From Hydrolagus colliei (lineage: Eukaryota): DNA of 64,000 nucleotides. The stretch is from assembly GCA_035084275.1 (NCBI GenBank), contig CM068750.1, positions 8,680,001-8,744,000 on the forward strand, read 5' to 3'. Below are positions 24,861 to 49,560 of the stretch, piece by piece. The position numbers were made by a program, and so were the translations under genes. The notes under the pieces were generated by a model. It made no database searches, was not told where the DNA came from, and saw only the letters and a list, made by a program, of their open reading frames with translations. How positions within the stretch are numbered: the first letter of the stretch is position 1; the number at the start of each line of letters is the position of its first letter.

Positions 24861-25449
24861 TGGGGTATTTTTGGTGGGGAAGACTTTTAACTGACTAACA
24901 TTGAGGGCAAGGAAAACAAAGGAGAAAATGGGGGTAGTGGACAGGGGATGATGGATTAAAGAGGTGCTAATGGTGCAAAACAGATATTGGAGCAGTGTAG
25001 GAGACCATGGATGGAGAGCTCTAAGTGCGAGTTGAAGAAAGTTAAAGTGGCTCCCAGAATTTAGCAAATTCTTGAATTCAGTCTTAACCATAACATTGAG
25101 GTTGTTTAAGAATTCTGAAAGCTTCATAGAGTAAATCTAGTCCGAGGTGGAATTTCTCCCAGATTTTTCAAATTGTTATATGGTACTTAAAGCTTTAAAC
25201 AAAAAATGTTTTACTCTTTAGTCTCCCACATTTGCCAACAACCACATTATGGTTTAATGGCAGCAGATGAAAAATGTATTTTTAATTTGAAAAATGGCAT
25301 TTGGATTTTACACAGAATATTGTTGTGACAAAAATTGGAAAGTTATTCACAATGAATGAGTGATTAGTTTATATGGTGTCTTTAGTCTTAAAGAAACAGA
25401 ATGTTTGGCAATCAGTACAACAGGAATGCAATCTATAGGCAAGATGGTA

Positions 25450-27466
25450 TAGGTTTCTATACTTTTTTATTGTCATTTCATGATTGTTACAAATGGCACT
25501 GCATGACTTGAACAGCTCTAAATGTAAAATGGTTAGAAAGGGGTACAAAAAGCATTGCTAATGATAAACAGTATGTAAAAAAAGCAACATCAATTCAGTG
25601 TGCAAAAGTTTCATTCAGACAGAAACACTAACACTCTAGGTAGCATTTCCTGATAAATTACTTAAATAGGGTATCTACAAAATAATGAGATTTGTTTACC
25701 TGCTTAATGTTACAAGTTGCAACTGAGAAACAATAATTTATTTTAAAAAGAGCAATGACTTACAAGAAGCTAGGAAGAAAAAGAAACAGATGGCAGCATA
25801 GAAAAAAAAAAAGTTTTCAATGCCATTTCCTTATTGGGGGATACATTTTTCTTCTGCAAAAATAAATTTTTGACTATGTACAAAGCCTTTTTTATACTAC
25901 AGTAGCATCAGGATACTTTAGACATGTGACAAAGGTTTTCTGCTGCTTGATCCAAAGGTTCTTCTTGATCACACAACAGTGAGGTAATATTTGTACATAG
26001 AAGTTTCACCTTTTTCACTTTTTGGAAAAGATATAGATCCACTTGTACCAAGGGCACCTGTGGTTGTAGAAAACAGTTTCTAGGTTCTTCTGAAGGTTAA
26101 CTGAAACTGGCAGAGTGAAGCTTTCGGCAGGGCTAAGACACAATGGCCTAAATAAGATATCGATTACAGACTCGAGTTACCCACATTCAGCTTCACCTTG
26201 AGGTGCCCTTTGCAAACAAGGACACAAATTACAAATGGGAAAACTACCTAGCATCAATATAGAACAAATGTTAATAAATAATCACTGTATTTACAATCTT
26301 ACAATGCACACAAAGACTAGTGATAAAAACTCTCGTGGATAGTCTGCCGCTTTTCTTTTTAAAGTGTCCTTCAATCCATATATCATCCAGGATAAGAAAA
26401 TAAATAATTTCTGATATTAAAATTTATCTACAGGCAGAATAATTTGCCACTTTACGTTAGTTAAAGAGAAGGGCACTCTTTCAATGATCTGCTTGTGTCT
26501 TTTTAAATCAGAGTATTTAAGGTAAATGCCCTTTCCAAAGAGGTCAACACAGGTGCTGAACTGGGTGGTAGTGCTCTCTGGATTCTCCTCCGTTCTTGGT
26601 ACGTTCAAACTAGCTTCACATGGAATAAAAGCACAAGGTATCCATGCTATACTATTGGAACTGTGATTGGACCCGATCTTTCCTCTTTTCATTAACAGGA
26701 CCTGAATTACATGTTTTGGGTCAGGCCTACTTTGGCCAGCACATATCCACTGTGTGGTACGGGAATGGGAATTGGTCATAAGAGTGCCTATAGTAGGGAA
26801 TCAGGTTTTCACCCTGTAAGGAATCAACTAGCTATAATGCTGCTACTATATGCACTTTTGGTGAGTAGTATTAATTTATTGACAAAAAAAACAAATTATA
26901 TGGTTCAGTACAAAAGGATAACAAAAAGGTTTCCAGATGTCTTTCAGTTACAAGACAAATTCTCATAATTGTTTCCCTAACCTTTTGTAAATTCTATTTA
27001 TTCTGTTCACTTCAAACTTCAGTTATTTTTTCACCATATAAATCCCTTGTTTCTATGTAACAAAAAAATGTGTCCACAGCAGAAATGGTCTCGTTAACCG
27101 TGTGCAATCTCCTTCCATGGGAACTCCAGCTAAGGAAATGTCAAATAACTTGCTGAGTAAAGCTCTTTCCAGATTCAACAGAGGTGTATTTATGTGATGA
27201 TTGGGATTTCCATTCTTCAGAAGCAAAACTGAGCGACTACAGTACATTATGATGTGGAGAGTAATTTTTCTTTGCAGACTTATTTCTCATTTCTGTTGAT
27301 AACATCCAGTGAGTTTTATCAGCTGATACAGTTCATGTGCTTGAATTCCACGAATGAAAGGGGAAATAAGGAAGAAGAAAACAATGGTCCAGGATTGGTT
27401 TCAAGAAAATAACAAGGTGCAAGACCAGCTTTCTTTTGAACATTTCCACTTCCAGTATTGCTGACT
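25450..27466 (-). other. THBS1: THBS1 3'UTR (approximate)
   Basis: Repeat-free AU-rich stretch after the stop codon, ending at AATAAA (- strand 25471-25466). Confidence 0.7.
25466..25471 (-). terminator. THBS1 polyadenylation signal AATAAA
   Basis: TTTATT on + strand at the end of a THBS1-like distal UTR block. Confidence 0.6.
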
Positions 27467-38980
<11,514 letters not shown>

Positions 38981-39154
38981 TTTGAAAGTAATTTTAACAA
39001 CCTGTGTTTTAATAAAAGAAAAGAAAAAAATCCATTATAAAAGGAGAAAATAAAAACACGCATTAAGTTGATAGAATTCCCCCCACGCACAAAAACAAAA
39101 CGAACTGACGTTTCTTAGTTGTATTCATCGCGACAGACGATATATAAAACTTAC

Positions 39155-39465
39155 TAACCGGCACTAAACTTTGATCAGTCTTTCCCCCAGACAGACAGCG
39201 ACGCAATAGCAGTTGTTGTGCGTAAACTCCGTGTGTGTGAGAGAGAGAGAGACAGTGGCAGTGAAATTCCTTGAGCTGCTGGTGACTGAGTCCTTCGACA
39301 GGTCTTGTTAACTTCTTTTTTCTTCTCTCTCTCTCTCTCTCGAAGAGCTGAACCGTTAAGTATTTTGTCCCCCAACTGTTTTTTTTTTCCTCTCTCGCGA
39401 AGAAGAAGAAGATGAAGCCAACAAAGCAGCTCAGCTTGAAGTTGGGAGAAGCCGAGATCGACACT
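39155..39465 (-). other. THBS1: THBS1 non-coding exon 1 (approximate ends)
   Basis: Starts ~25-30 nt downstream of TATTTAAA. Candidate donors are GTAAGT (39154) or GTTAGT (39158). Vertebrate THBS1 has an untranslated first exon. Confidence 0.55.
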
Positions 39466-39490
39466 ACAGAAGGACTGGATTTCCATCTCC

Positions 39491-39533
39491 TTTAAATACC
39501 CTCGCACATTCCTCAGCCTCACTCTCTGCCAAT
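39491..39533 (-). promoter_or_regulatory. THBS1 core promoter: TATA-like box, MCAT/TEAD motif, CCAAT box
   Basis: On - strand: ATTGG (39533-39529), GGAATG (39512-39507), TATTTAAA (39498-39491), in a CpG-enriched context. Confidence 0.75.
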
Positions 39534-40477
39534 CACCACCGGCTTGGAAGGAAGAGGGGTTGTGTTTATTCAGTTACCTCACAACAAGAGGGATACAGTT
39601 CCAAAGCAGTCATACCACAGCAAGAAAAGCAATTAGGCGGATTCCAGTGGACATCAGCCAACATACTCAAATATTAGTGCACAGAGATACGAGCCAGGCT
39701 AAGCTTCTGTTCAATGGATCCATCTGCATATGTCAATATGTTTTTTTTTTCTTCTTCCATCAGTCGCACAGAAGATGTTCGGTGCGTTTCATTTCATAAA
39801 CTTTGGTCGATGTTTTTAAAGTGTAATTTTTTTTAATTTTAAATCGTTTAAAAAAAGATTGACCACAGTGGAGAGAGTCGGTTGAGGGTTGGGGAGGGGG
39901 GTTAAAAAATACAGGTAAAAAAAATAATTTTAAGCAGTACATATATATATATATTAAAATGAGACGTCTCGGATTATTGAAGGATGTAACCAAAACGCTT
40001 AAAGAATTCGGTGTGGGCTAGGCATTTATGTGTAGATAAGGTTGATGAGGGTATATTTTCCAAGCAAGTTAGAGATGTGTACTTGTCAAGATCTCCACTG
40101 GGGGGTGTTGTGTGAATTGCTTTCGGGTGGAAATGCGACTGAGTTAAGTCTGAAATGTCTGCCTTCGGGGGTGTGGGGGGGGGGGTCTGTGTGTCTGTCT
40201 TGCGCCTCAAGTATTTCAAGTCGCCCCAGATTTTATATCTGACACTTTCTCATGCGAACACAGAACACGGCGTACAAGTGTTTGTTTGGCTCCTCGCACT
40301 CCCGACCACAAACACAAAAAGGTCTAAAGTAAATCTGTTGTCTTTCGTGTTTAGAGTACCAACAATCAGTCCAGCCCCACAACAAACTTCATTCACTTTA
40401 GTGTGATTCAAACCCGTTTATTGAAACAAAAGTATTTTCCAAGGCTTAGACGAACAATCCTTTCTACATACAGGTTT

Positions 40478-40530
40478 TATATATATCTATATCTATATAT
40501 ATATATCTATATGTGTGTGTGTGTGTGTGT
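40478..40530. repeat. (TA)n/(TG)n microsatellite
   Basis: Directly visible. Confidence 0.9.
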
Positions 40531-41649
40531 AAGTTAAACATTGTGTTTTTTTGTGTGTTATATTCTAGTTTGGCTTTCCATTCGTGCTTTACGTCACTGG
40601 AAAAGAATTTGTTCAGGAAATAGTTTTTTTTGACGTCGGTGCATTCTTTCTCCTTTTTTTCTTGCTAAAGATCCGCTTGATTGGGGATTGACTGAGTACA
40701 ACAGTCTGCGAGGTTAATGCTTTGACCCATTGGCCTTGACTCAGACAGACAGAACACTTCACTGAAGTCATTTCTTCCTTGAATAATAGCCCAACCTACA
40801 GCTAGATGTTAAGTATATATGATCAGCGTCGTGTGTATTCACTCTGTCAATGCGTGATTTAAACAAGGATTAAGGAACATCGTGCAATGCTTACAAATGA
40901 TGGACGTATTTGTAGCACGATTTGAACCACTGTCCTGTCCCTACTTAACCCGGTGAAAAGGTTAAAATCCCGAATTGATAACAGGGTAAATCGAGGTTAC
41001 ACTCTCTGGTGAGGTGTCAGTAAGTGTGAGAAAGGCAAAAGAGGATGTCTGTGAGTGACATTGTTTTCAAACCTCAAACCACATTCCCCTCTCGCCTTGC
41101 ATTTCACCTGTCAGTACTGGGCCCCCTTCCTAAAGCGTTAATGTACATTTCTACATCTTGACCCCCCCTCTCCCCTCCCCCAAAATCTTGCCCCTCATTC
41201 TCTCTTTCTGATTTTGTTTCGCTCTTAATATGCTGGCATCCCCCCCCCCCCCCCCCACCATAACCTGTCAACAATCCACCAGATTAGTTGGTCGTTCGCC
41301 TCATGGTACTGGCTTGTGTGTGGGACTTTGCAGGTACATTTGGCGAGAAAACAAGTACAGTTACTACACTCGAGAGGAATTGCTTTGGACGTGCATTAAA
41401 ACAGTTTTAGGTCCTATTTAAAAAAAAAGCAGTGGCTCAGTTGATGACTGTGCTCCTGTGCCCTGGAATAAACCACCTCATTGAAAACACATGTACCTCT
41501 CTCTGGCTCTCAGGTGAGTTCATTATCTAATCAAAGAGAAAGGGGGAAAAGAGTGACTTAGATTTAGAAACACCCACAGGTTGGGTTCGGAAAAGACGAA
41601 CTAAACCATTCCCACGAGTCCTACCATGATGACAGAGGATCACAGGTAT

Positions 41650-41830
41650 CACTGGTTCAGTAAATACACCTGGAGTGGTACTGAGCTAAGCAACGTAAGT
41701 TCTTGATTCAAACTTTGGTCTGTGCTTGGTTAGGTTATTGTAGGAAGAAGATGGCTTCAAATGGCCTCAGTGACCCAGGTTTGAGACAGGGGGGAAATTG
41801 GCCAGGGTTCCTCGCCATTAACCTCTCACC
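41650..41830 (+). mobile_element. AmnSINE2-like ancient SINE
   Basis: GGTACTGAGC..TGGTCTGTGCT..ATGGCCTCAGTGACCC..GGGAAATTGGCCAGGGTTCCT. Confidence 0.55.
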
Positions 41831-42052
41831 GTTGAGTCCATGTTGAGGAGATGCCTTTGCACAGATATCAGGTAAAGGCAAGAAAGAAGGTGAGAGTGTG
41901 GAAAGCTAGAGTGTACTTTCAGGGAAGAGACTATTGACAGGCAACAAGTCTTAGTGTCAGAAGTTAGGATCAGCAGGTCAGTGTTATCAATGGTGATGTC
42001 CATTCAAATATTAATGTATAATATGAATTAAATATGAATTAGATTATAAATT

Positions 42053-42310
42053 GGAGTCCCGTGGCTCAATGGTTAGAGCACTCGCCTTTCAAGCGAAACA
42101 TCTGGGTTTCAATCGCAGGCAGGGTGAAACCTTGGGCAAGTTTCCTTACTCCACACGCCTAATAATAATCCCTCAAAAAAACCCCAAATTGGTCATTTCA
42201 ATCCACCGCTGTTTGTGGGACGCTGCTGTGCGCGATTGGCTGCCACATTCTGCCCACAAATATATACAGTCAATTCACTTTCCAGAGTATCAAGGATTGT
42301 TATATCTCCC
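42053..42310 (+). mobile_element. tRNA-derived SINE, tail internally deleted
   Basis: Same head and body. Confidence 0.9.
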
Positions 42311-43959
42311 AATGACTAATAAGGAACTAATGTACAGGCTTGTTGGGGAGGAAGACAGACAGACAGAGACAGACAGACAGACAGACATGCCCACGCACAC
42401 TCCTGGCTGTCGGACTCATTGCATTATTGATCCCTCCTTCCCCCCCCCCCCCCCACCCCCAGCCAGTCCTGTTATCAGTCAGTGGGTAAAACTGGAGCAG
42501 AAAGTGGCTTCCACTCAAGTCGCTGAGAAGCTGCGGCGGAGAGCAACGCATTCCAGGCATTGCAGGGAGTCAGTCTGGTAACGTGTGTCTGGGCTGCTCT
42601 CCACCGCAGCAGGTATCCGTCTCTCTCAAGGCCAGAGATATGCAGAAGGAAAGTGGAAAGTCGGTGGGAGCGAGACTCTGAATACTTGGTTCACGATCGT
42701 GAAGAGTCTCACGATCACGATTAAAACAATATATGTACATATCTATATATATATATCTTTATATCTAGCCCTTGGCGTAGCTCTGACCCAGATCTGAACC
42801 ACGAGTCTGGCCTCTCGCTCTCCTGCTCTCGAAGTCAAATAATCCTTGTAATAAGTGCAGAGGGAGAAAAAAGGAAGCGTTGCCCTGGCGTCCTCGCTGT
42901 TTAAGGTTGATTGATCTCTCCCCAGCCCACCGTTAATACGTCAGGGATAAGACTTTCTCCCCTCTCACCCCCCCCCCCCCCAGCCACCAAACCCTATCAT
43001 TAATCTCTCCCCCCCCCCACCCCCCCTCCTCCAGTTAACACTTAATATCCTGGACCAGAGATGCTCCCGACTCTTCCAGGAATTCCCACAGCAGCCTCCA
43101 CATCGCCCATCTTTCCGGTTGACCGAGTTGGCAGCTTTCATTTACATCCGTAAAATCTCATCGAAGTGTCCCTGAGCACCCGTCAAACAGCCAGTCCTCC
43201 CAGCCTCGGGAAGAAACTCTTTATGACTATGGAGCCGCGTTCCCGAACTGGCGGGATTGCTCCTCGAGAATGCAGAGCGGAAATTAATAATAATCATCAT
43301 CATCATTTTTCTAAAAAAATAATCATTGCCAGACCAATTTGGAATCTATGTGGGGAGGAAGAGGGAGGGGGGGGGGTTCTGGATAATTATAGCAAAGTTT
43401 ACGGGGTTTTTTTTTCCATGGGCAGAAAGCCCATTTTTATACTTTTTCAGCAAAAAGTGCTCATCAGATTAAAAATAGGATAAAAGTCAACGGGGGAATA
43501 GATTTAATTGGTGTTGGGAACTGAACGCAAGCGTTTGGTGATTGTGGCTGAGCTAGTCTGGGGGGGGGAAGGAATCACTGTTAGTCAGTGGGAGCTACTG
43601 CAGCCTCTCTCAGCCCCGAGGACACAATACAGTCCTGGCTCCTCAATGGGGGTGTATTTCCACTGCGTAAATAAAACCCGGGTTAATGTCTCGCAGAGAC
43701 ATCACGACCGACTCTTTATCGAGTAATTTGTACAAAACTGACGCCTGTTTCTTATTTGTTTCGCCCCCACTCCCCCCCCCCCCCCCCCCACTTAACCTTC
43801 CTCGGCGATGATTCATACTGGAAACACTTTCAAGGATATGTGACTGAGTGTCTGTGTGTGTGAGTGAGCAAACCCTTCTGCTATTAGCAGCCCCGAGGAG
43901 TATTGTTTATTTGGCGTGAGTCTGGGTAAAGCGAGAGTTCACAGGTATTCATTTGCCAA

Positions 43960-44166
43960 GGCGAGGTTGACCCTGCCCTCCTCACCTGACGTTCATCCCA
44001 TTCTCCACAGTTAAGCAATGTTTTCAGCCACTGTGTGGTGGGAAACAAGATCAGGAATGGGAGTCCCTGGGCAATTCTTTCTTCCCACTCTTATCGTGAA
44101 GCCTGGGGATATAATGAGGCCAATTCCACCCACGCCCTAATGCTACCCCGGCACAACAGCACTAAC
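43960..44166 (-). mobile_element. AmnSINE2-like ancient SINE
   Basis: - strand: GCCGGGGTAGC..AATTGGCCTCA..CCAGGGACTCCCATTCCTGATC..ACGTCAGGTGAGGA. Confidence 0.5.
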
Positions 44167-44325
44167 ATTTTTTTGGGGGGGAATAAAAAAGGCATTTTCA
44201 AATAAATAAAATGTCTGGTTGTACTGGAATTTATATCACAGTGCAAACGTTTGCAATGTGTTACTGTGGGTTAGTGTTGAGCTTGCTGTTATGGCATTTT
44301 GCAGTATGAATGCAGTACATGTGGT

Positions 44326-44740
44326 TAATAATAACCCTTGCATTTGGTATAGTGCTTTTCACGTCTTCTCGACGTCTCAAAGCGCTTCACAGAATAGACT
44401 GTAAAGTGAATTGACTGTATATTTTGGGCAAAATGTGGATATTAATGTATTAAATTATTATATCAATAATAGTAGTCTTTGTAGCATATTGGTTAAAGCA
44501 CTCGCCTCACAAGTGAGAGGACCCTGGTTCGATTCCTGGGCAGAGCGAAACCTTAAACGTTTCCTTAATAATTTGGTCACTCAACCCACAACGGTTTGAA
44601 GGACATTGCTGTCCACAATTGGCTGCCACGTTTTGCCCATAAAATATATGGTTTACTCACTTTACAGTATATTCCGTGAAGCGCTTTGAGGTGTCTTAAC
44701 AGCACGATGAGGTACTATATCAAATGCAAGAATTATTAAT
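44326..44740. mobile_element. SINE tail fragment (-, 44326-44440) followed by a full SINE (+, 44474-44740)
   Basis: Same family in divergent orientation. Confidence 0.85.
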
Positions 44741-45049
44741 AGTGCAGTGTGTTTGTCTATCTTTATTGAACACAGAATTTACTGCAGATCTGAATGAGAA
44801 CATTTACTTTGCCTTGATCCAGCAGCTCTCTTTTCTCACATAGAAGTAAAGAGTATTCGCTGTAATCATAATTAAGTTGATATCTAAAGCAGAAATATGG
44901 AGATACTGTAAATAATACAAGGAGAAGCTGCAGAATATACTTAATCTCCCAGGATTCATGTTGTCATCTTCACTGATGGAGTAAGTACATTTAAGAACAT
45001 CCTATGCAGTATTTTCCTTTACCAAAATGAGCGTTACCTTCATGCCCTG

Positions 45050-45300
45050 GCATCTCCCTACCTCTCCAACTGCACTATCCCTCCACCTTGTCCCTTCTTC
45101 CCCATTTTCAGGTCGCGCTTGAAAGCCTCCCTGTACCTAAGGTCACTTGCGCTCGTAGTAGCGCTATATAAATGCCAGTTGTTGTTACCATGAATGTCAA
45201 TGTGCTGTAATAGTACTGAAAGTACAACAACTTGCATTTATATAGCACCCTCCACGTTGGGCAGTGCCTCACAACCCTTAACAATGTCACAGGCTGTGCC
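45050..45300. mobile_element. Two tail-to-tail L2 3'-end fragments
   Basis: GCGCTATATAAATGCCAGTTGTTGTT (+) and CAACAACTTGCATTTATATAGCACCCTCCACG (-). Confidence 0.6.
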
Positions 45301-45479
45301 AGAGAGAGGGGGAAGTAAGGTGTAACAAAGTGCCAGTTCAGGTCAATACGTTGTCTGTCAAGCATATGTCTTATAGTAACATTAAAAGTTTGGACCTGCT
45401 GAGAAACGTATCACTACTGTTTTTATCTGTTGTGCTTGTCATGGTTGCTCAACATTGACAACTAGGGAGAAAATAACAA

Positions 45480-45590
45480 ATTGACCCTTGCATTTTTGAT
45501 GTAGCGCTTTTCACATCTTCTAGACGTCTCAACATGCTTCACAGCATGTACTGTAAAGTGAATTGACTGTATATTTTGTGGGCTCTCACA
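45480..45590 (-). mobile_element. SINE 3' fragment
   Basis: CCTTGCATTTT..GCGCTTTTCACATCTTCTAGACGTCTC.. Confidence 0.8.
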
Positions 45591-48500
45591 ACTTATTGCA
45601 CTTAATATCTAAAAAAAAAGGAGTGAACTACAAGAACACAGATAAATGGTACTGCAAGGATTGCTCTTAAAAGAGCAAGAACAGATATGATGGCTGAATA
45701 GCCATCTTCTCTGTTATAAATTTCTATGGTTTGCAAAGTTAAATCACTTTGAGGATATCGTGTGAAGCGCTTTGAGGTATCTCAATGATGTGGTAAAGGT
45801 ATATCAAATGTAAAGATAGTTATATGGTTGTATGGTACCTGGTAATTCCTGTCACTGACTGTCTATTTCATTCAGATGCACTCATTTCTGTTCATGGACC
45901 ACTCTCTGTTTCTGTGAGATAATTTCCATTTGGAGGAGTCAAATTTTATTCAATCCATTATCATTACTGATTTAGATATTCAGTACGGTAATTGCTGTTG
46001 GCATTAACAGTCTACTTCATAGTCATAGATATCTTACAGTTAATAAATTGTTTAGGTTCTGTGTATAATAACAGTATTTTTGTTCTTAATCAATAATATG
46101 TGCCTAATTCTGCTGTTTGCTCACTTTGGCCTTGAGGATGTAGCCAAGCAAAATTTGAACAAAATCTTAGTAAGTTTGGACACAGTAAGTTTATAATAAT
46201 TTCTATTACTCTGACCAATATCTACTACTGTAGTATTAATCATCTAGTTCTTATTTACAAACTCAGTCAATATTTTGAATTGTTTTCAAATGTGGCAATT
46301 CAAAACATACAAGTGTCCTAGTAAGCTTAACATCTAGGGAGTACTGCACTATGAATTTGTGGTGAGTTTTCCAATCATGTTATATTAATTTATTACCTTA
46401 CAGAGTTAACTTAAGCTGAGTGGGAGGATTCTCTGCCCCCAGTGACTGGTCTGCCCTTCCAACTCCAGCTGATGACCCATCCTGGCTGGCATCAACAACG
46501 CCCTGGAATACTGCGGATCTGCCTGGCTTCAGACTACTAAGGCTGCAACTGAGGACTGGCTCGATTGCCAAATTCCATTGCCAAATCTGCCACCCTGGAG
46601 CCGGTTGAGCTCCAAAGAGACCCTGCTTACCTCCCACCCCAAAGATTTTTGCATTCATTTAAGTGACGTGTCATCATTAGTACATGAATCCCTAGCCTTG
46701 GCTCTTGCCAATTGGTGCCTAATACTTTCCAGAATTAGATAAACAAGATGCATCCCTCCAGAGAGAGAGTGTGTGTATCCCATTCCAACATTCTAACCCC
46801 GGAATGTCTATGTGTAGGTGCGATGCATGGTAATTTCAGTTTGGTTTGGATACCCTTGAGCATGGTGATGAGTTTCCGTATGTGTCAGACAACCAGCTGA
46901 CCCCAAAAAGTACAATAACTTTCATTCTGATTGGTGATGGGATATTCATGTTAAGTTAACAAAAAGAACTGGGTATAAAGTGTATGTTTTACTTTCTGCC
47001 CAAGTAAGCTCACTCTTCAAGCATGGTGGGACAATCATGCCAATTCAAAGCTCCATGCACACTGCCTTCCTGACAGCTGTTCAGCAGTATTCCTCTCTAT
47101 TATAAATTTCACCTAGCTCATCCAGTTGCTAAGGCATACTAGATAAAGGCAGACTGATCGCCTGAGGATAATCAAGTAGGAATATCGGGCGGGACTGGAG
47201 ATTATACTTAAGGCTTTCAGTTCTATTTACAATTCTGTTGTTTCTAATGCTGACCAACAAACCATGTTACAAACCATGTTATTTTCTCCCAAGTTTAAAC
47301 CTTCATTGCTATTGCATTGCTGTATTTGAATAAAATACTTTCACTGTAGTGCTGTATGCATCTTTGGCTACAGTTGAAGTCCATAGATTTTCCTCTGGCA
47401 TTTGCAATAGGCATATAAATTAATTTAAATTAGTCCCTGAATCAGTCCATAGTGATTTTTTTGTGAGCCCAGGTTCAGTGTCTCTGATAATATAATAATA
47501 GAGTATATGACTGGGAAGAAAATCAGGTTTTAATATATATATGTTAAGACATCTCAAAGCGTTTCATAGAATATTGTAAAGTGGATTGATTATGTATTAT
47601 GTAGGTGGATATAGGAAGCTGACTAATATGATTTTGTCACAGAACATATGTTCACAAGAGTTTAGAATGTGTATTCCCAACCCAGATTAAATATTTTTAT
47701 TATCTTTCTATTCTCCCACGTGGAACAACCAAGGGCAGTTCAGTTCTGGGTTCCCAGACTTTCCCTCAGTTGTTATCTGTTTAACCCAAACACACTTGAA
47801 TGGAAAAAATGCAAAGCTGACTACTGGGTTGTTTAGCTCAAGTTTTTCCTTCCAAATGACAGGAGTGCTTGTAGCTAAAATTCCAAGCCAGTTAAACTTG
47901 GCTGTGGGCTGTGAATTGACCCATCTTACAAAGTTAACGGCAAAATGCCAGAATTTATTCTGCAAACATATTGTCCCTTAATGTTAGAAAGGATACAATC
48001 TAAATGGTGACACAGTGATGAAGATTTTATACGTTTTGCTGCGACAAAGGAACTAATTCTCATATTGCCTATTCTCACATTGTAAGGATTTTTAACAAAG
48101 TTTAATCAGCTTCAAAACTTAATGAGAGGAAAATATCTTTAAAGTATGTTAACATCTAATTTGTTTATTTAAAAATGCATCTTCATACAGAAATGAGTCA
48201 CTACTTCATTTTGATTACATGGGTTAAGATTGTCTTCATTGATCGTACACTTTTGGATTCTTACCGTCAAGCAGATTTTTCAGTACGATTCTGGACATTC
48301 AATTTTCCCAAGGGTAATTATTATTGACATTGGCTCACAGAATGCTCTCATGCATCCTGGGTGACTGTGACTAAGGGAACTTTGTGTGTGAATGGTATGC
48401 TCGACTGTATTAGAGAGGGGGTTATTTTGTAAGCAATATAGTTCCCTGTATAATGAGTTCTCCTGTGTACTTGTGCTGTTCAGAAAATTTGGACTGCTCT

Positions 48501-49000
48501 TTAGGTAGAATACCACAAATGTCGACACAAGAGTACTTACGTAGAACTAATGAAAGCCATTTGAGCTTTATGGGAAGTACCAGTGGAAGTCCAAGAGCAC
48601 TTTTGGAGAAATATGTCAAACTATCTCTGATGGCTACAACTGTTGAAGAAATAAATCATTAACTAGTGTATACAGAAACGAGCAGAACTGACAGCCTCTC
48701 ATGAGCATGAGAGGGAACGCCCAATATACTGGCTCTGATTTCGATGGGGTCACAAGCATCATTGCACTTTATACAATAATAAGTAAGTATTATATCCCTG
48801 GTTTATGATACCACCTATGATACCACGTAAACTCTATAATAATATTATTTAACATACATATTCCTATTATGTTTGAGTTTCTTTCCTGTTTAAACGTTCT
48901 CCGCCACAGATTCTTATGGAATTGGGGTGATAATATCTGGTGCATGATTCTTGGGTCTCGATTTAGGTGATGCACTATTGTGATTTTAGATTGATACCAT

Positions 49001-49560
49001 CAACGACAACAGCAGGAAAATTACATTTGTAGAGCACCCTTCATGTCGGGAGGATGTCCCAAGGGGCTGAATAATCAGGGGGTCAGGAACCAAGCATGGT
49101 GGGGGGTGGGGGCAGAGTTGGGATGAGGTAGTGCAGAGATGTAGGGGGGTGGCTGAGGGCATGGTCAAAAAGGAGGATCTTGAGTCGGGCCTTGAAGGAG
49201 GCAAGGGAGGGAGCAAGGCGAAGAGATTGTGGGATGGAGTTCCAAAGAGTGGGCCAGAGAGGTTGAAAGTCGGGCAGGCGATATGGAGCAGGTTGGAGCC
49301 TGATGAACGGAGGGAGTGGACAGGTTGATAGGGGGTCAGCATGTCAGAGAGGTAGGAAGGGGCAAGGCCACGGAGGGCCTTGAAAGTGAGGATGAGGATC
49401 TTGAATTCTTTCCTCTGAGGGATGGGGAACCAGTGGAGCTGGGCGAGGGTGGGGGGTGATTGGGTAACGGAGCCTGCTGTGGGAGGATACGAGCTGTAGA
49501 GTTCTGGATCATTTGCAGCTTGTGGAGGGAAGAGTTGGGTAGGCTGACAAGGAGGGAGGG
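49001..49560 (-). mobile_element. L2 LINE 3' fragment
   Basis: Degenerate LHKLQMIQNSTAR / LHWFP / LRSS motifs; L2-type 3' tail with (GTT)-like end. Confidence 0.85.

Noticed and set aside
25640-25650. let-7 site in the THBS1 3'UTR (CTACCTA)
   Set aside because: Not a canonical seed match (CTACCTC required).
42051-42581. 176-aa ORF (and similar ORFs at 20279, 54703, 63136)
   Set aside because: Translations of SINE copies plus simple repeats; no protein-family signal.
41160-43790. Poly-C runs as G-quadruplex elements
   Set aside because: Simple homopolymers with uncertain length; no support for function from sequence alone.
46690-47000. Possible LF-SINE fragment
   Set aside because: Only a few short word matches to the recalled consensus; insufficient.
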